Assembly (NCBI RefSeq): GCF_006345805.1
Contig: NW_021832235.1
Coordinates: forward strand, 1 to 64,000
Length of the DNA stretch: 64,000 bases
Source: Octopus sinensis
Lineage: Eukaryota
Direction: 5' to 3'
Below the pieces are notes generated by a model. It had not been told where the DNA came from. It searched no databases and saw only the letters and a list, made by a program, of their open reading frames with translations. Shown piece after piece: positions 52,844-64,000 of the stretch. Made by a program: the position numbers and the translations under genes. How positions within the stretch are numbered: the stretch's first letter is position 1; every line of letters starts with the position of its first letter.

Positions 52844-54454
52844 GACGTATAACAAAGTTCAATCAAAACATTCGTTTCGTTCGTTCTAATCAGTCGAGTT
52901 ACATTCCCTATTCCAAATTTGCCGATTCAAACTTCACCACTACTTTACCAACCAATATATATATGTCTTCAAATATACCCCTTATCTTTCACTCCATTTA
53001 CTTTCTCCTCCTATCTCCACTCAACAATCTATCTTCTTTTTCTTCGGCCTCCACTCCTTCACTTCGCTATATATGTACAACTACACTCGAGGTTCTTTTG
53101 TTATAAATTGGTAGTTCAAAAGACGAAATTGATTTTAATCCTCGTTCTCTTGGGCTTTATTAAATTATTATAATTCCCCTTTTCTTATTGACTTCTTTTT
53201 ACGAGTTCTTGTTTGTATTCACGCACAAAAAGGATTATATATATGCGCGCGCGTGTGTATTCGTGCGTATGTTTGTGTGTATGCGTTTGATTAAATACAT
53301 ATGTGTATGTATATATCTAAGTGTGTATGTATATATCTAAGTATGCATCCATATATATATATATATATAAATATATTCTATATGTATATTTTATATACAT
53401 ATATATGTGTGTGTATATAGATAGATAGATAGACGGAGAGGGAGAAAGAGAGAGAGAGAGAAAGAGAGAGAAAGAGAGAGACATACAGACAGACTGACAG
53501 ACACACAGACAAACAGGCAGACAGACAGGCAGACACACAGACAGACTGATAGATAAATGGATAGATAGATAAATACATACATATATGCACGCACGCAAAC
53601 ATACATACATACATGCATACATACATGCATGCATAAATACATACATGCATACATACATACATACATACATACATACATACGTACATACATACATACATGC
53701 ATACATACATACATACATACATACATACATACATACATACATACATACATACATACAGCTGCAAAAATTCATAAAGTCCAAACGTATATAGCAACATACG
53801 GAAATGATGTGAGGATGAGAGAGGAAAGGAGAAAGAGAGAGACATATAGAAACAGAGAATGAGAGACAGAGTAAGAGACAGAGTAAGAGAGGAGAAAGAG
53901 AGAGAGAGAACTGAAGGATAGCATTGACAAGTTATTAAAACCGGATATTGTGCCATATCAATAACGTTTTCCATTCCTTTCTAGATGCAGGTCTCACCTG
54001 ATGATACATCCTACTATGACGAGTTTATTAATTTCCTTTCCCCGCAGGGAGAACGGAAAAACACAAAGCCAGTGTAATGAGTGAATTCGTAAATTTTTAA
54101 CACAACCATTTTCATTTCACTTATTGTTTACTTTTGTTTTGTCACCGACATTTTTTTTTCTGTTTTTGCTTTCCGCCATTTCTAAACAAAATGGCGACAA
54201 CGCAGCTTTATTGAAAAGTGGTGTCTATTTTGTTATCATATCGTTGTCGTTGTCGTCGCTGTTGCTAAAATCCCAGTTTAGTTATGATAAAGCCGAGCTA
54301 TCCTCAAAGGCACCCCAGCTCTTTAATTTTTTGTAGACACAAAAGTATCTAGGACTACATGTAACCAATGTATCCTTCGATACGTAGAGAGAGACAAAGA
54401 GACGTTCCTGCATTTGCTTATTGCTGTGTTGAAAACGAGTTTGTCATTCGATCT

Positions 54455-55250
54455 TGGTAGGAGTGGCTGTGTGATAAGTAGCTTGCTTACGAACCACATG
54501 GTTCCGGGTTCAGTCCCACTGCGTGGCACCTTGGACAAATGTCTTCTATTATAGCCTCGGGCTGACCAAAGCCTTGTGAGTGGATTTGGTAGACGGAAAC
54601 TGAAAGAAGCCCGTAGTATATGTATATATATATATATAATTTACAAAATAAGGGCAAAAGAAAAATACTAATGCCAAATATGCCGAAAAAAAGACAAAAA
54701 TTGTCAATAACCATTATAATTTATGCGTCTCGAGACGCATAAATTATAATGGTTATTGACAATTTTTGGGGTTTTTTTCGGCATATTTGGCATTAGTATT
54801 TTTCTTTTGCCCTTATTTTGAAATAAATTATAAATTTAACCTTTAAAGGTATTTTTTGATATGCTGGCCATTGATAAAAAAATTTTCCCGGAAAAAAAAT
54901 TTATCCTACATTAGTTATATATATATACATATATATATATGTGTGTGTGGTGTGTGTGTGTGTGTGTGTGGTGTGTGTGTGTGTGTGTGTGTGTGTTTAT
55001 GTATGTATGTATGTATGTATGTATGTATGTATATATGTATGTATGTGTGTGTGTCCCCCCCAACATCGCTTGACAACCGATGCTGGTGTGTTTACGTCCC
55101 CGTAACTTAGCGGTTCGGCAAAAAAGACCGATAGAATAAGTACTAGGCTTACAAAGAATAAATCCTGGGATCGATTTGCTCGACTAAAGGCGGTGCTCTA
55201 GCATGGTCACGGTCAAATGACTGAAACAAGTAAAAGAGTAAAGAGTATGT
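54455..55250 (+). mobile_element. SINE family A split by an insertion in its internal microsatellite
   Basis: Head 54455-54615, tail 55050-55250, palindromic insert between. Confidence 0.8.
54644..54820. repeat. near-perfect 177-bp spacerless palindrome
   Basis: Arms of 88/89 bp centred on GTCTC|GAGAC (54731/54732). Confidence 0.95.
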
Positions 55251-55404
55251 ATAAAGACCGATGACATTTTGTTTGCGTTTAGCCACAGTTCTGCCATGAA
55301 CTTCCAAAATTATATTCAAAAGTTTTCTATTCGTGACTATCTCATATTTATTTATGCTGTTTATCAAGGAAGACCACAATATTCATTCCCCTTTTATGGT
55401 GTCG

Positions 55405-55805
55405 AACTGGCCGAATCGTTAGCACGCCGGGCGAAATGCTTAGCAGTATTTCGTCTGTCTTTACGTTCTGAGTTCAAATTCCGCCGAGGTCGACTTTGTC
55501 TTTCATCCTTTCAGGGTCGATGATTTAAGTACCAGTTAATCGTTTGGCCCTCTACCCGCAAAATGTTGGGCCTTGTGCCTAGAGTAGAAAAGAATATCAT
55601 TAAAGTTATTAAAGCCATTACATTTTCAGCCACTTTATGTGAATTGCTGCTGTACTACAAGGTGGGTGCGCCGAGGTCGACTTTGCCTTTCATCCTTTCG
55701 GGGTCGATAAAATTAACTACCAGCTGCATACTGAGGTCGATGGAATCGACTGCCCCCCTCCCCCAAAATTTCGCAGCTTGTGCCTAGAGTAGAAAAGAAT
55801 ATTCA
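55405..55805 (+). mobile_element. SINE family B, two tandem units with tail type 2
   Basis: GAATCGTTAGCACGCCGGGCGAAATGCTTAGC..CTTGTGCCTAGAGTAGAAAAGAATAT; body and tail occur twice. Confidence 0.8.
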
Positions 55806-56064
55806 TTTCTGTTTTTATGGAGACAATATGTAACTTGAGGCAGATTTGGCTGTTATTTCTATCGGTCTGAGCAAGCGTGTAGAGGCTTCCTGGTTCTTGA
55901 ACAGTGACTGGATGTGTTTCGCTATTTTGTGTTATTTACTTTTAGTTATTGGAGTGCATTGGAAATATTGCTGTTATGGCTGATTGGATTAAATGTTTTA
56001 CATTATCATTGGAACATAGTTACACTAGGTAGCGTTGTAATATTTAGCAAAGATTATTTTCTAC

Positions 56065-56195
56065 TCGAGACACAGGGCCCGAAATTTTAGGGGAGAGGGC
56101 CAGTCGATTAGATCGACCCCAGTCCGGGACTGCTACTTAATTTATCGACCCCGGGAGGATGAAAGGCAAAGTCGACTTCGGCGAAATTTGAATAA
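56065..56195 (-). mobile_element. SINE family B fragment
   Basis: GTCGATTAGATCGACCCCAG..TTTATCGACCCC..GGATGAAAGGCAAAGTCGAC. Confidence 0.75.
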
Positions 56196-56946
56196 GACGC
56201 TGCTTTAAAAAATTAAATAAATATTGGGACCTGTCTATTTGACTAAATCCCTTCAAGGGCCGTTCCCCACCACGGCTGCAATCGAATGACCGAACCGAAT
56301 AAAAGAAACAATTAATAAAAATCTACTATAATAATACTTTAGTGTTTTTCTCCATCACAGCATATGAATGAGAAAGGAAGGGGTGATGGATGAATAAGGA
56401 AGGAAGGGGTGATGGAAAACTGGTAATGGGAGCGTTTCGACTCTGTGTGAGTATATGTGTGTGTATGTAAAAGGGAGGTATGTGAATGTTTGCGCGCGTC
56501 TGTGTGTGCAATGGACGTGGGATGGTGAACGTTCAACACTGAAAAGGAAGATCAAACAGCGTTTCAACTCAGTGTGAGTATATGTGTGTACATGTGTGCG
56601 TTTACGAGGGAAGCATGTGTATGTTTGTATGTGTGAACCAGCGTTCTTTCAGTAACAAACGATGATCGATGTCACATCTCAAAAGACAACCACTAGATAA
56701 CACTGACAAGTGTATTAATTTGATTTACCATCCATATTTTGTCCGTTGTGTTACAAATAATTATTACAATCACACACCTACACAAACGTATACACATACA
56801 AACTCATTAGAGAAAATAATTATTGTCTGAGGGTTTCAAAAATATAAAACGACTGCAGTTGGAAGGGGTGTTATAAATTTGGTAATAAAAGAATTCTTAT
56901 ATGTTTGCAAGGGATAGTTATACATCTCCAACTAGCAGGCCATGCT

Positions 56947-56992
56947 ACTCCAGACTGATGACGAGCAAAGACTCAGAAACTAGTCTTTGAGT
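56947..56992 (+). ncRNA. minimal type-I hammerhead ribozyme, canonical core, at the apex of a long rod (56896-57040)
   Basis: ACTCCAGA CTGATGA C GAG-CAAAGA-CTC A GAAA CTAG TC TTTGAGT; palindromic ACTAGT; predicted cut after 56985. Confidence 0.75.
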
Positions 56993-57529
56993 GCAGATTC
57001 AGCTGGGTGGAGGTGCTTATCTCCCCCTTGCAAACATAAGGACACAGGAAATGTGTCAAGGCCGACAGGAAGCGGTGCTGCTTCCTAGGGCTAAATAGCA
57101 GTAGTATTATTCCCTTTATGGGACTGTCACATTAAGTTGACTGTATAAAACTACTTTATCGTACCACTACTGCATAAATCTCTCTGAGAGATTTTAGAAA
57201 TGTATTATTTCTATAATAAAAGAATTATTAAACTAAAAACTTGGTTTTGTCCCTTATTTGTATATAAAATACCACAATTAGTCGTCATTTTTGACGGTAC
57301 GGAATCAGCTTGTAAATAAACATCCACTGAGTTTCCGGTAGTAACTTGAGTAACAATATATGCAGTGCCACTACGGTACCAACAAGAATTCTTGTAAAAA
57401 GCTGTGTGTTTCTGTTGCGCTCGTCAGTAAAGATCAGTGACACGGATGAAATGTTTTGTCAGCATCAACTGTGGAACAAAAGTGAATATTCAGAGAAATC
57501 ATAGTAGTAACAGCAGGAACTTTAGTGAA

Positions 57530-58010
57530 GATCTACGTCTCATCTTGTTACCTATATTAAACATGGGCTGTGGGAATTTTATTTACCATTACTCTGATAC
57601 TGCAATGATCTTTAGAAAATCGTTTCTGTTGTATGACCGAGAAGCACAAACTTGTGCGATTCCGGGAACATCTGCAATACTGTAACCGTATGTATCTTCG
57701 TGGATATATTATATTGTATGATCCAATGATAAGCTGCATTCTAGAACGGGTGGATAACGAACTCAATTTCGGCGGGACTCTGATCATTTTTGATCCATCT
57801 AAAGTTTTCGACTGGTTCAACCATAGTTTCTTGGTGTTTGTTCAATCAGTTTTAATTTGATTCCGGAATATACAAAATGGTTACTTTTCAAAATCTTTTC
57901 AAACCACACGATTGGTCCTATCCAGAAGGGGGAATCCTCTCCCATTTATTCTTTATGTTCTGACTCACGAAGCATTTCTACAGAAATGTTCAGTCGTTTT
58001 GTTGGTACAC
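57530..58010 (+). pseudogene. highly decayed L1/Tx1-type reverse transcriptase relic
   Basis: Fragments LRLILLPILN, EAQTCAIPG, GGTLIIFDPSKVFDWFNH and IQKGESSPIYSL resemble RT motifs RPITLLN / LD.SKAFDRV.H / RQGCPLSP.LY. Confidence 0.5.
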
Positions 58011-58557
58011 ATAAGTGGCAGCATTCTTTAAGTGGAGAGTAACCAAATTTGATGGTGTTAGGTAAGTGAATGACGACTGAAATTACTGACTGGCGCCAAC
58101 ATCATACCCAACCATGAGCTTTACTCAAAAAATGGAACTGATGTCGCTGGTTATACTAAACTTTTATCCTGTCGTGAAAGTGGCGAAATGTCCTGTCCAA
58201 ACAAGTGGATCTAAAAATAACGAAAATATCTGGTGTCTCATTCACAACAGTAGTACCACGTGACCTGAACGGACCAATATAGGCCATCTTTAACTCTTCT
58301 TCTAGCATCTGATGAGTTGGACCTGTCCCACACGCACAATGCGTCTATATGCATATTATATGTTTATTATGTTTATATTATATACACACACACATTAGCG
58401 AATGTATATACTCGTGAACATCTAGTGCATGGCTGTGTAGGTTAGGATGATTTGGCATCGATTTTGGCGGATTGCCAATATTAAGTTTTCAGTGTTCGAT
58501 GGACGAAAATCGATACTAACCATAAGTCATTTACAAACCATATAACCCTCACGATAT

Positions 58558-58628
<71 letters not shown>
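58558..58628. repeat. (TAG)n microsatellite
   Basis: Direct reading. Confidence 0.95.
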
Positions 58629-58629
<1 letters not shown>

Positions 58630-58981
58630 GTCAATTCATTGTCAGTGCGGTCGTAAAGGTGACTGACGAAACTATAAAATTGCAAAGTATTTATATGCAT
58701 TTCTGCATATATGCATGTATGCGTTTAGATATAAATGAATGTGTATATAGAGAGGGAGAAGGGTGTATGGTTGAATGATTGCGTTTATATATACTTGTAA
58801 GCATGCTGTATGAATGCGTGCATTTGTATATATACATACATACATATATTCATACACATACACTCGTATATGTATATATGTATATATATATATATATGTA
58901 TATGTATATATATGTTATCACAACACACACAACATACGCACAAACAACAACACAACACACACCACACACACACACATATAT

Positions 58982-59013
<32 letters not shown>

Positions 59014-59060
59014 CAATAGTACCTCAGTTTTTTAACAACTCTGGACGCGAATAAATCGTG

Positions 59061-59116
<56 letters not shown>

Positions 59117-59244
59117 TGTGTGTGTGTGTGTGTGTGTGTATTTAAATAATGAGGGTGATAAATTGAATATTAATTTAATTAATATCAATTAAAAGTCAGT
59201 AGCCTAGCATATAGAAAAATCTGAAAATTCAGAAAAATTGTAAT

Positions 59245-59432
59245 ACATGCGTATTAAAGGGATAACCACTAAGTGGACATCCAATATGCTAGAAGAAGAT
59301 CACCTACGATCTAACTACAAAGAAAAGAATGTTCTCTAGAGAAATTCAGCAAACAAACACAGAATGTTCTGGTGTGATCTTCTTCTAGCATATTGGATGT
59401 CCACTTAGTGGTTATCCCTATTATACGCATGT
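59245..59432. repeat. ~59-bp inverted repeat with ~70-bp spacer
   Basis: ..GATAACCACTAAGTGGACATCCAATATGCTAGAAGAAGATCAC (to 59303) versus its rc at 59374-59432. Confidence 0.9.
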
Positions 59433-59437
59433 ATATG

Positions 59438-59483
<46 letters not shown>

Positions 59484-59886
59484 TCATCCAGCGAACACCC
59501 ACCATTGGCCATCACAGTTGCTCAAGGTAAAAATGAATTCCTCGCTCTTTCCAGGAACATCAATTTTTTATATTGACTGCATTCCACCACTTTGATCTAT
59601 TTTTTATATATCACCACCACGAACCACTGCATCATACACTTTAAACATATAGCATGAACAAACTCACTTCAAACTAAATATGAACTGTATGATGTCTGAC
59701 TCCATTGTATTATAAATGAATTTCTTATATTTGATAGCATGAACTATCTTTTTTTATATATAACTTTTTTTGATAAGGTTCATTTCAGGAACTGAAACAT
59801 GTTATAATGTATATATAAAATTAAAAATTGTATAATATAGAAGCAGATTTTCGAACTTCATTTTTACAAATATAATATATATATAT

Positions 59887-59929
<43 letters not shown>

Positions 59930-59935
59930 ATAATA

Positions 59936-59981
<46 letters not shown>

Positions 59982-59982
<1 letters not shown>

Positions 59983-60325
59983 TGAGGGAATATTATTCCA
60001 AACTAACAGGGGAAAATTCAATTTAGAAATACTACATCAAATTTCACAAGATATAATATATATATATAAATTAGAAAAAAACCCATCTATTATCAATTCA
60101 ATAATGAAAAATTAAATTACATCATCTAGAAATTGACATATAGAAAAATTAAATATAAGATAAAAAATATAACGATGATTAAGTAATGTGCAAAATAATA
60201 AATAAAACGTATATATTTGGTAAAATAACGACACGTGTTTCGTGGGTATATTTAAGAAATGATTATAGTAAAAATATTAGTAGTAGCCATTTATATAGCC
60301 ATTTATATAGCCATTTATCAGGTTA
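59982..60325 (-). mobile_element. AT-rich pLTR-like element starting with a degenerate hammerhead
   Basis: Homologous to both arms at 62195-62670; HHR-like motif at 60226-60325. Confidence 0.7.
60226..60325 (-). ncRNA. degenerate type-I hammerhead with expanded stem-II loop
   Basis: Minus strand: TAAC CTGATAA ATGGCTATA..(loop with tandem AAATGGCTATAT)..TATACCCAC GAAA CACGTG TC GTTA; palindromic ACACGTGT; uncompensated G8A. Confidence 0.55.
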
Positions 60326-60351
60326 AAGATAACTACAATAATAGAATAATT

Positions 60352-60415
<64 letters not shown>

Positions 60416-60418
60416 TGT

Positions 60419-60575
60419 CACTAGCGTAGCTAGGGGATGGTAGGGGCGTTGCCCCGGGTGGAACATTTAAAAGGGCTACACTGGGTCTGCTGTACGAAAT
60501 ACATGCTTTTTGCGGTGTCTGGGGAGCGGTAAACGGGCTTAGTGATATACTACATATCACTATAGTACGCTAGTG
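60419..60575. mobile_element. possible MITE
   Basis: Terminal inverted CACTAGCGTA / TACGCTAGTG. Confidence 0.35.
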
Positions 60576-61117
60576 ATATGCATACGTTTGTGTGTATGTA
60601 GATGCACAATCATTTGAGCATGGAAAAATGAGCTTTGCAATGTTTGTTCCGGTTCGTTATTTGTTGAGTTAAAATTCCGGCGAGCTTTACTTAATCTTTC
60701 ATTCTTCTGATGAGAGAGAATATCAGTCGAGTACTGGCGACGATACACTCGACTATTCCACCTTCACACAAGATTTATACCCTGTAATTATATATATATA
60801 TATATATATACACACACATACTCACACACACGCACATACATACATAAATACATACACACACACACGCATCCCGACACACCTACTTACGTACATACATGCA
60901 TGCATACATACATACATACATACATACATACATACATACATACATACATACATGCATGCATGCATCCATGCATATATACGTACATACGTACTCACATATA
61001 AGGTTTGGTTTTTCACCAGCATGTTGCTGAAACGATGGTAAACTATGGAATAAGTGTGTAACACCAGATACTCCATTCTTCATATACCATATATATATAT
61101 ATATATATATTTCTTTA

Positions 61118-61335
61118 CTGCCCACAAGGGGCTAAACATAGAGGGGACAAACAAGGACAGACAAAGGGATTAAGTCGATTACATCGAACCCAGAGCGAAA
61201 CTGGCACTTTATTTATCGACCCGAAAGGATGAAAGGCAAAGTCGACCTCGGCGGAATTTGAACCCAGAACGTAATGACAGACGAAATACCGCTAGGTATT
61301 TCGTCCGCGCGCTAACGTTCCTGCCTGTTTGCCGC
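61118..61335 (-). mobile_element. SINE family B, tail type 1
   Basis: Reverse complement of the 3834-type unit including the CCCACAAGGGGCTAAACATAGAGGGGACAAACAAGG tail. Confidence 0.85.
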
Positions 61336-61342
61336 CTATATA

Positions 61343-61390
<48 letters not shown>

Positions 61391-61593
61391 ATATATTATA
61401 TATATATATAGATGTATGTATGTATGTATGTATGTATATGTATATATATGTGTGTGTGAATACATATATATATTCACACACATATGTGTATGTATGTATG
61501 TATGTATGTATATGTATATATATATATATATATATATCTATATTTATATATATATATATATATATAGATAGATAGATAGATAGATAGATAGAC

Positions 61594-61625
<32 letters not shown>

Positions 61626-61626
61626 C

Positions 61627-61659
<33 letters not shown>

Positions 61660-61960
61660 GTATACACACTTACATATATATTTCATAACGTGTATGAGCA
61701 TTTATAAACGTAGGACTCATCAGATGAGTGAACAGATGTTTATATTCCAGAAAAGCGCAGATCATTCAGGATTGATGTGAGACTAAACAACGACAACATC
61801 AATAATATCGCTTTCAAATTTTGGCACAAGGCCAGCAATTTCAAGTCGGTTACAAGGCCCCAAGTATTCAACTGGTACGCTTTTTTATTGACTCTGAAAG
61901 GATCAAAGGTTTCGGCAACATTGCAACTCTGAACGTAAAGACGGAAAAAATTCCGCTATA

Positions 61961-62160
61961 GGCGCAGGAGTGGCTGTGTGGTAGGTAGCTTTCGTACCAA
62001 CCACATGGTTCCGGGTTCAGTCCCACTGCGTGGCACCTTGGGCAAGTGTCTTCTACTATAGCCTCGAGCCGACCAAAGCTTTGTGAGTGGATTTGGTAGA
62101 CGGAAACTGAAAGAAGCCCGTCGTATATATGTAGGTGAATATATATATGTATGTGAATAT

Positions 62161-62191
<31 letters not shown>

Positions 62192-62666
62192 TATATGTAT
62201 GTATAAATTAGAAATTAGAAAAAACACCTTTTATCAATTCAAAATGAACAATTAAATTACACCATCTAGAAAATTACATATAATAGAAATATTAAATATA
62301 AAGTAACAATAATATACCGATGATTAAGTAATGTACAAAATAATAAATAAAACGTATATATTTGGTAGAATAACATTTAAATTTTTATTTATTATTTTGC
62401 AATTTACTTAATCATTGGTATATTATTGTTATTTTATATTTAATATTTTATCATATGTAATTTTCTAGATGGTGTGTAATTTAATTGTTCATTTTGAATT
62501 GATAAAAGGGTTTTTTTCTAAATTCTAATTTATATTATATATATATATTATATATATATATATATCCTATATAATATAGATATATATATATATTATATTT
62601 TGTGAAATTTGATTTAGTATTTCTAAATGAATTTTTCCATGTCAGTTAGGAATAATATTCCCTGAA

Positions 62667-62701
<35 letters not shown>

Positions 62702-62706
62702 CTATA

Positions 62707-62751
<45 letters not shown>

Positions 62752-63000
62752 CTCTCTTCTCTCTCTCTCTCGATCTCTCTCTCTCTCTCTAATAATATAT
62801 ATATATATATATATACATCTATAAATATCGCTTGACAACGATTGTGTTGATATTTTACGTCCCCGTCACTTAGCAGTTCTGCAAAAGAGACCGATAGAAT
62901 AAGTACTAGGCTTACAAAGAATAAAGTCCTGGGGTCGATTTTCTCGACTAAAGGCGGTGCTCCAGCATGGCCGCAGTCAAATGACTGAAAAGAGAGAGTA
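61961..63000 (+). mobile_element. SINE family A split by a fold-back insertion in its internal microsatellite
   Basis: Head GGCGCAGGAGTGGCTGTGTGG..GAAAGAAGCCCGTCG (61961-62124), tail 62826-63000. Confidence 0.8.
62195..62670. mobile_element. fold-back copy of the 59982-60325 element
   Basis: Left arm ends ..GGTAGAATAAC at 62374, hinge ATTTAAAT, right arm is the reverse complement and extends to ..GGAATAATATTCCC. Confidence 0.8.
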
Positions 63001-63251
63001 AATATGCTGCCTCGTGGGCTGACGATTCTGGCAGCCATTCGCCTTGAAACAGCGTCGTTAATATCTCTAATGTAAGATGGAAGCTGATTTCCATGGTACA
63101 TCAATTAACGGAGTAAACCTATAGTCTTGTTGATACAAAATAGACAATCTACTACGAGACAGTATATATATATTAGGTTACACACAACCACACACACACA
63201 CATACAAATACATACACATGCACACATATAGACACATATGTAAATACATGC

Positions 63252-63282
<31 letters not shown>

Positions 63283-63518
63283 AGAGTGGGTGTTTGTATG
63301 TATGTGTACACACACATATAACCATTGTCGTATGGTTTGGTATAACACTGGAGCTGCCTTTGACATCTCATAGCATCTCACCATCTTCATATTGTATGGT
63401 TATTTAGCATATATGCATGTGTAAGTGTGTGTACGTGCGCGCGTGTTTATTATTCATATATATATATGTTTGTGTGTGTATGTATGTGTATGTATGTATG
63501 TATGTATGTATGTATGTA

Positions 63519-63561
<43 letters not shown>

Positions 63562-63689
63562 TGTGTGTGCAAGTGGATATTCGCCGGTTCCGACGATGAG
63601 TATTGAGCTGTTAGATTAACTGGCCTACCTGCTCAGTTCACATAAGTACGTATGGAGCACAGGCCCGGTTCTCTGGTGTATAAATATTC

Positions 63690-63870
63690 CTCTCTAGACT
63701 GGGCGCCGGTTTGTCGTAGAAATACTCATTTTTACCGACTAAGTGGACTGGAGGAACGTAAAAATGAAGTATTTTGTTCAAGAACACAACGCATCACCCG
63801 GTCCAGGAATCGAAACCACAGTCTTTCGACCATAAGCCCATCACACTAACCACTAAGCCATGTGTCTCCA
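63690..63870 (-). mobile_element. tRNA-derived SINE family C
   Basis: rc GTGGAGACACATGGCTTAGTGGTTAG..GGTTTCGATTCCTGG..GTTGTGTTCTTGAACAAAATACTT. Confidence 0.7.
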
Positions 63871-64000
63871 CAACTGGACTACCTGCTAATTGATTTAGAG
63901 TGTGAAGTGGCGTAATAGTCGACAGGCAACGTCGTTCACCGGTTGAATTAGCGCGACAAAAGTTTGTCTACAAACTAAAAGGTTCAACTCTTCCGATGGG

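Noticed and set aside
53985-54085. Possible plus-strand exon (AG|ATGCAGG..GTAATGA|GTGAAT)
   Set aside because: Two frames are open, no homology is recognised and there is no supported partner exon.
58300-58335. CTGATGAGTTGGACCTGTCC half hammerhead
   Set aside because: No GAAA or stem III follows.
61705-61735. Minus-strand CTGATGAGTCC
   Set aside because: No downstream GAAA; simply a CTCATCAGATGAG quasi-palindrome.

Overview
Eukaryotic, gene-poor and extremely repeat-rich window. The SINE/LINE/microsatellite landscape suggests a coleoid cephalopod (octopus-like); that assignment is inference. No host gene can be called confidently, only a few candidate exons. Recognisable elements: a frameshifted Penelope-like retroelement (RT + GIY-YIG, 9.45-11.5 kb, minus), a second Penelope GIY-YIG fragment, a full-length dead DD34D mariner with TIRs and TA TSD, a 5'-truncated R4/Dong-type RLE retrotransposon in (TAA)n, RTE/CR1/Tx1 relics, two non-autonomous Helitrons, a hAT MITE with an 8-bp TSD, many tRNA-derived SINEs and a 12.3-kb CATA/CAGA-based satellite. 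The most striking unannotated signal is a set of at least seven minimal type-I hammerhead ribozyme (HHR) motifs from about five sequence families. They sit in short Penelope-pLTR/retrozyme-like elements, mostly inside (TA)n tracts and often as fold-backs. They include non-canonical cores (U3-A8 compensatory pair; U4C), covarying stems, a 363-nt partial tandem unit, an HHR at the tip of a ~140-nt rod, and one paralogous copy whose end coincides with the predicted cleavage site. All ribozyme calls come from manual base-pairing; activity is untested.
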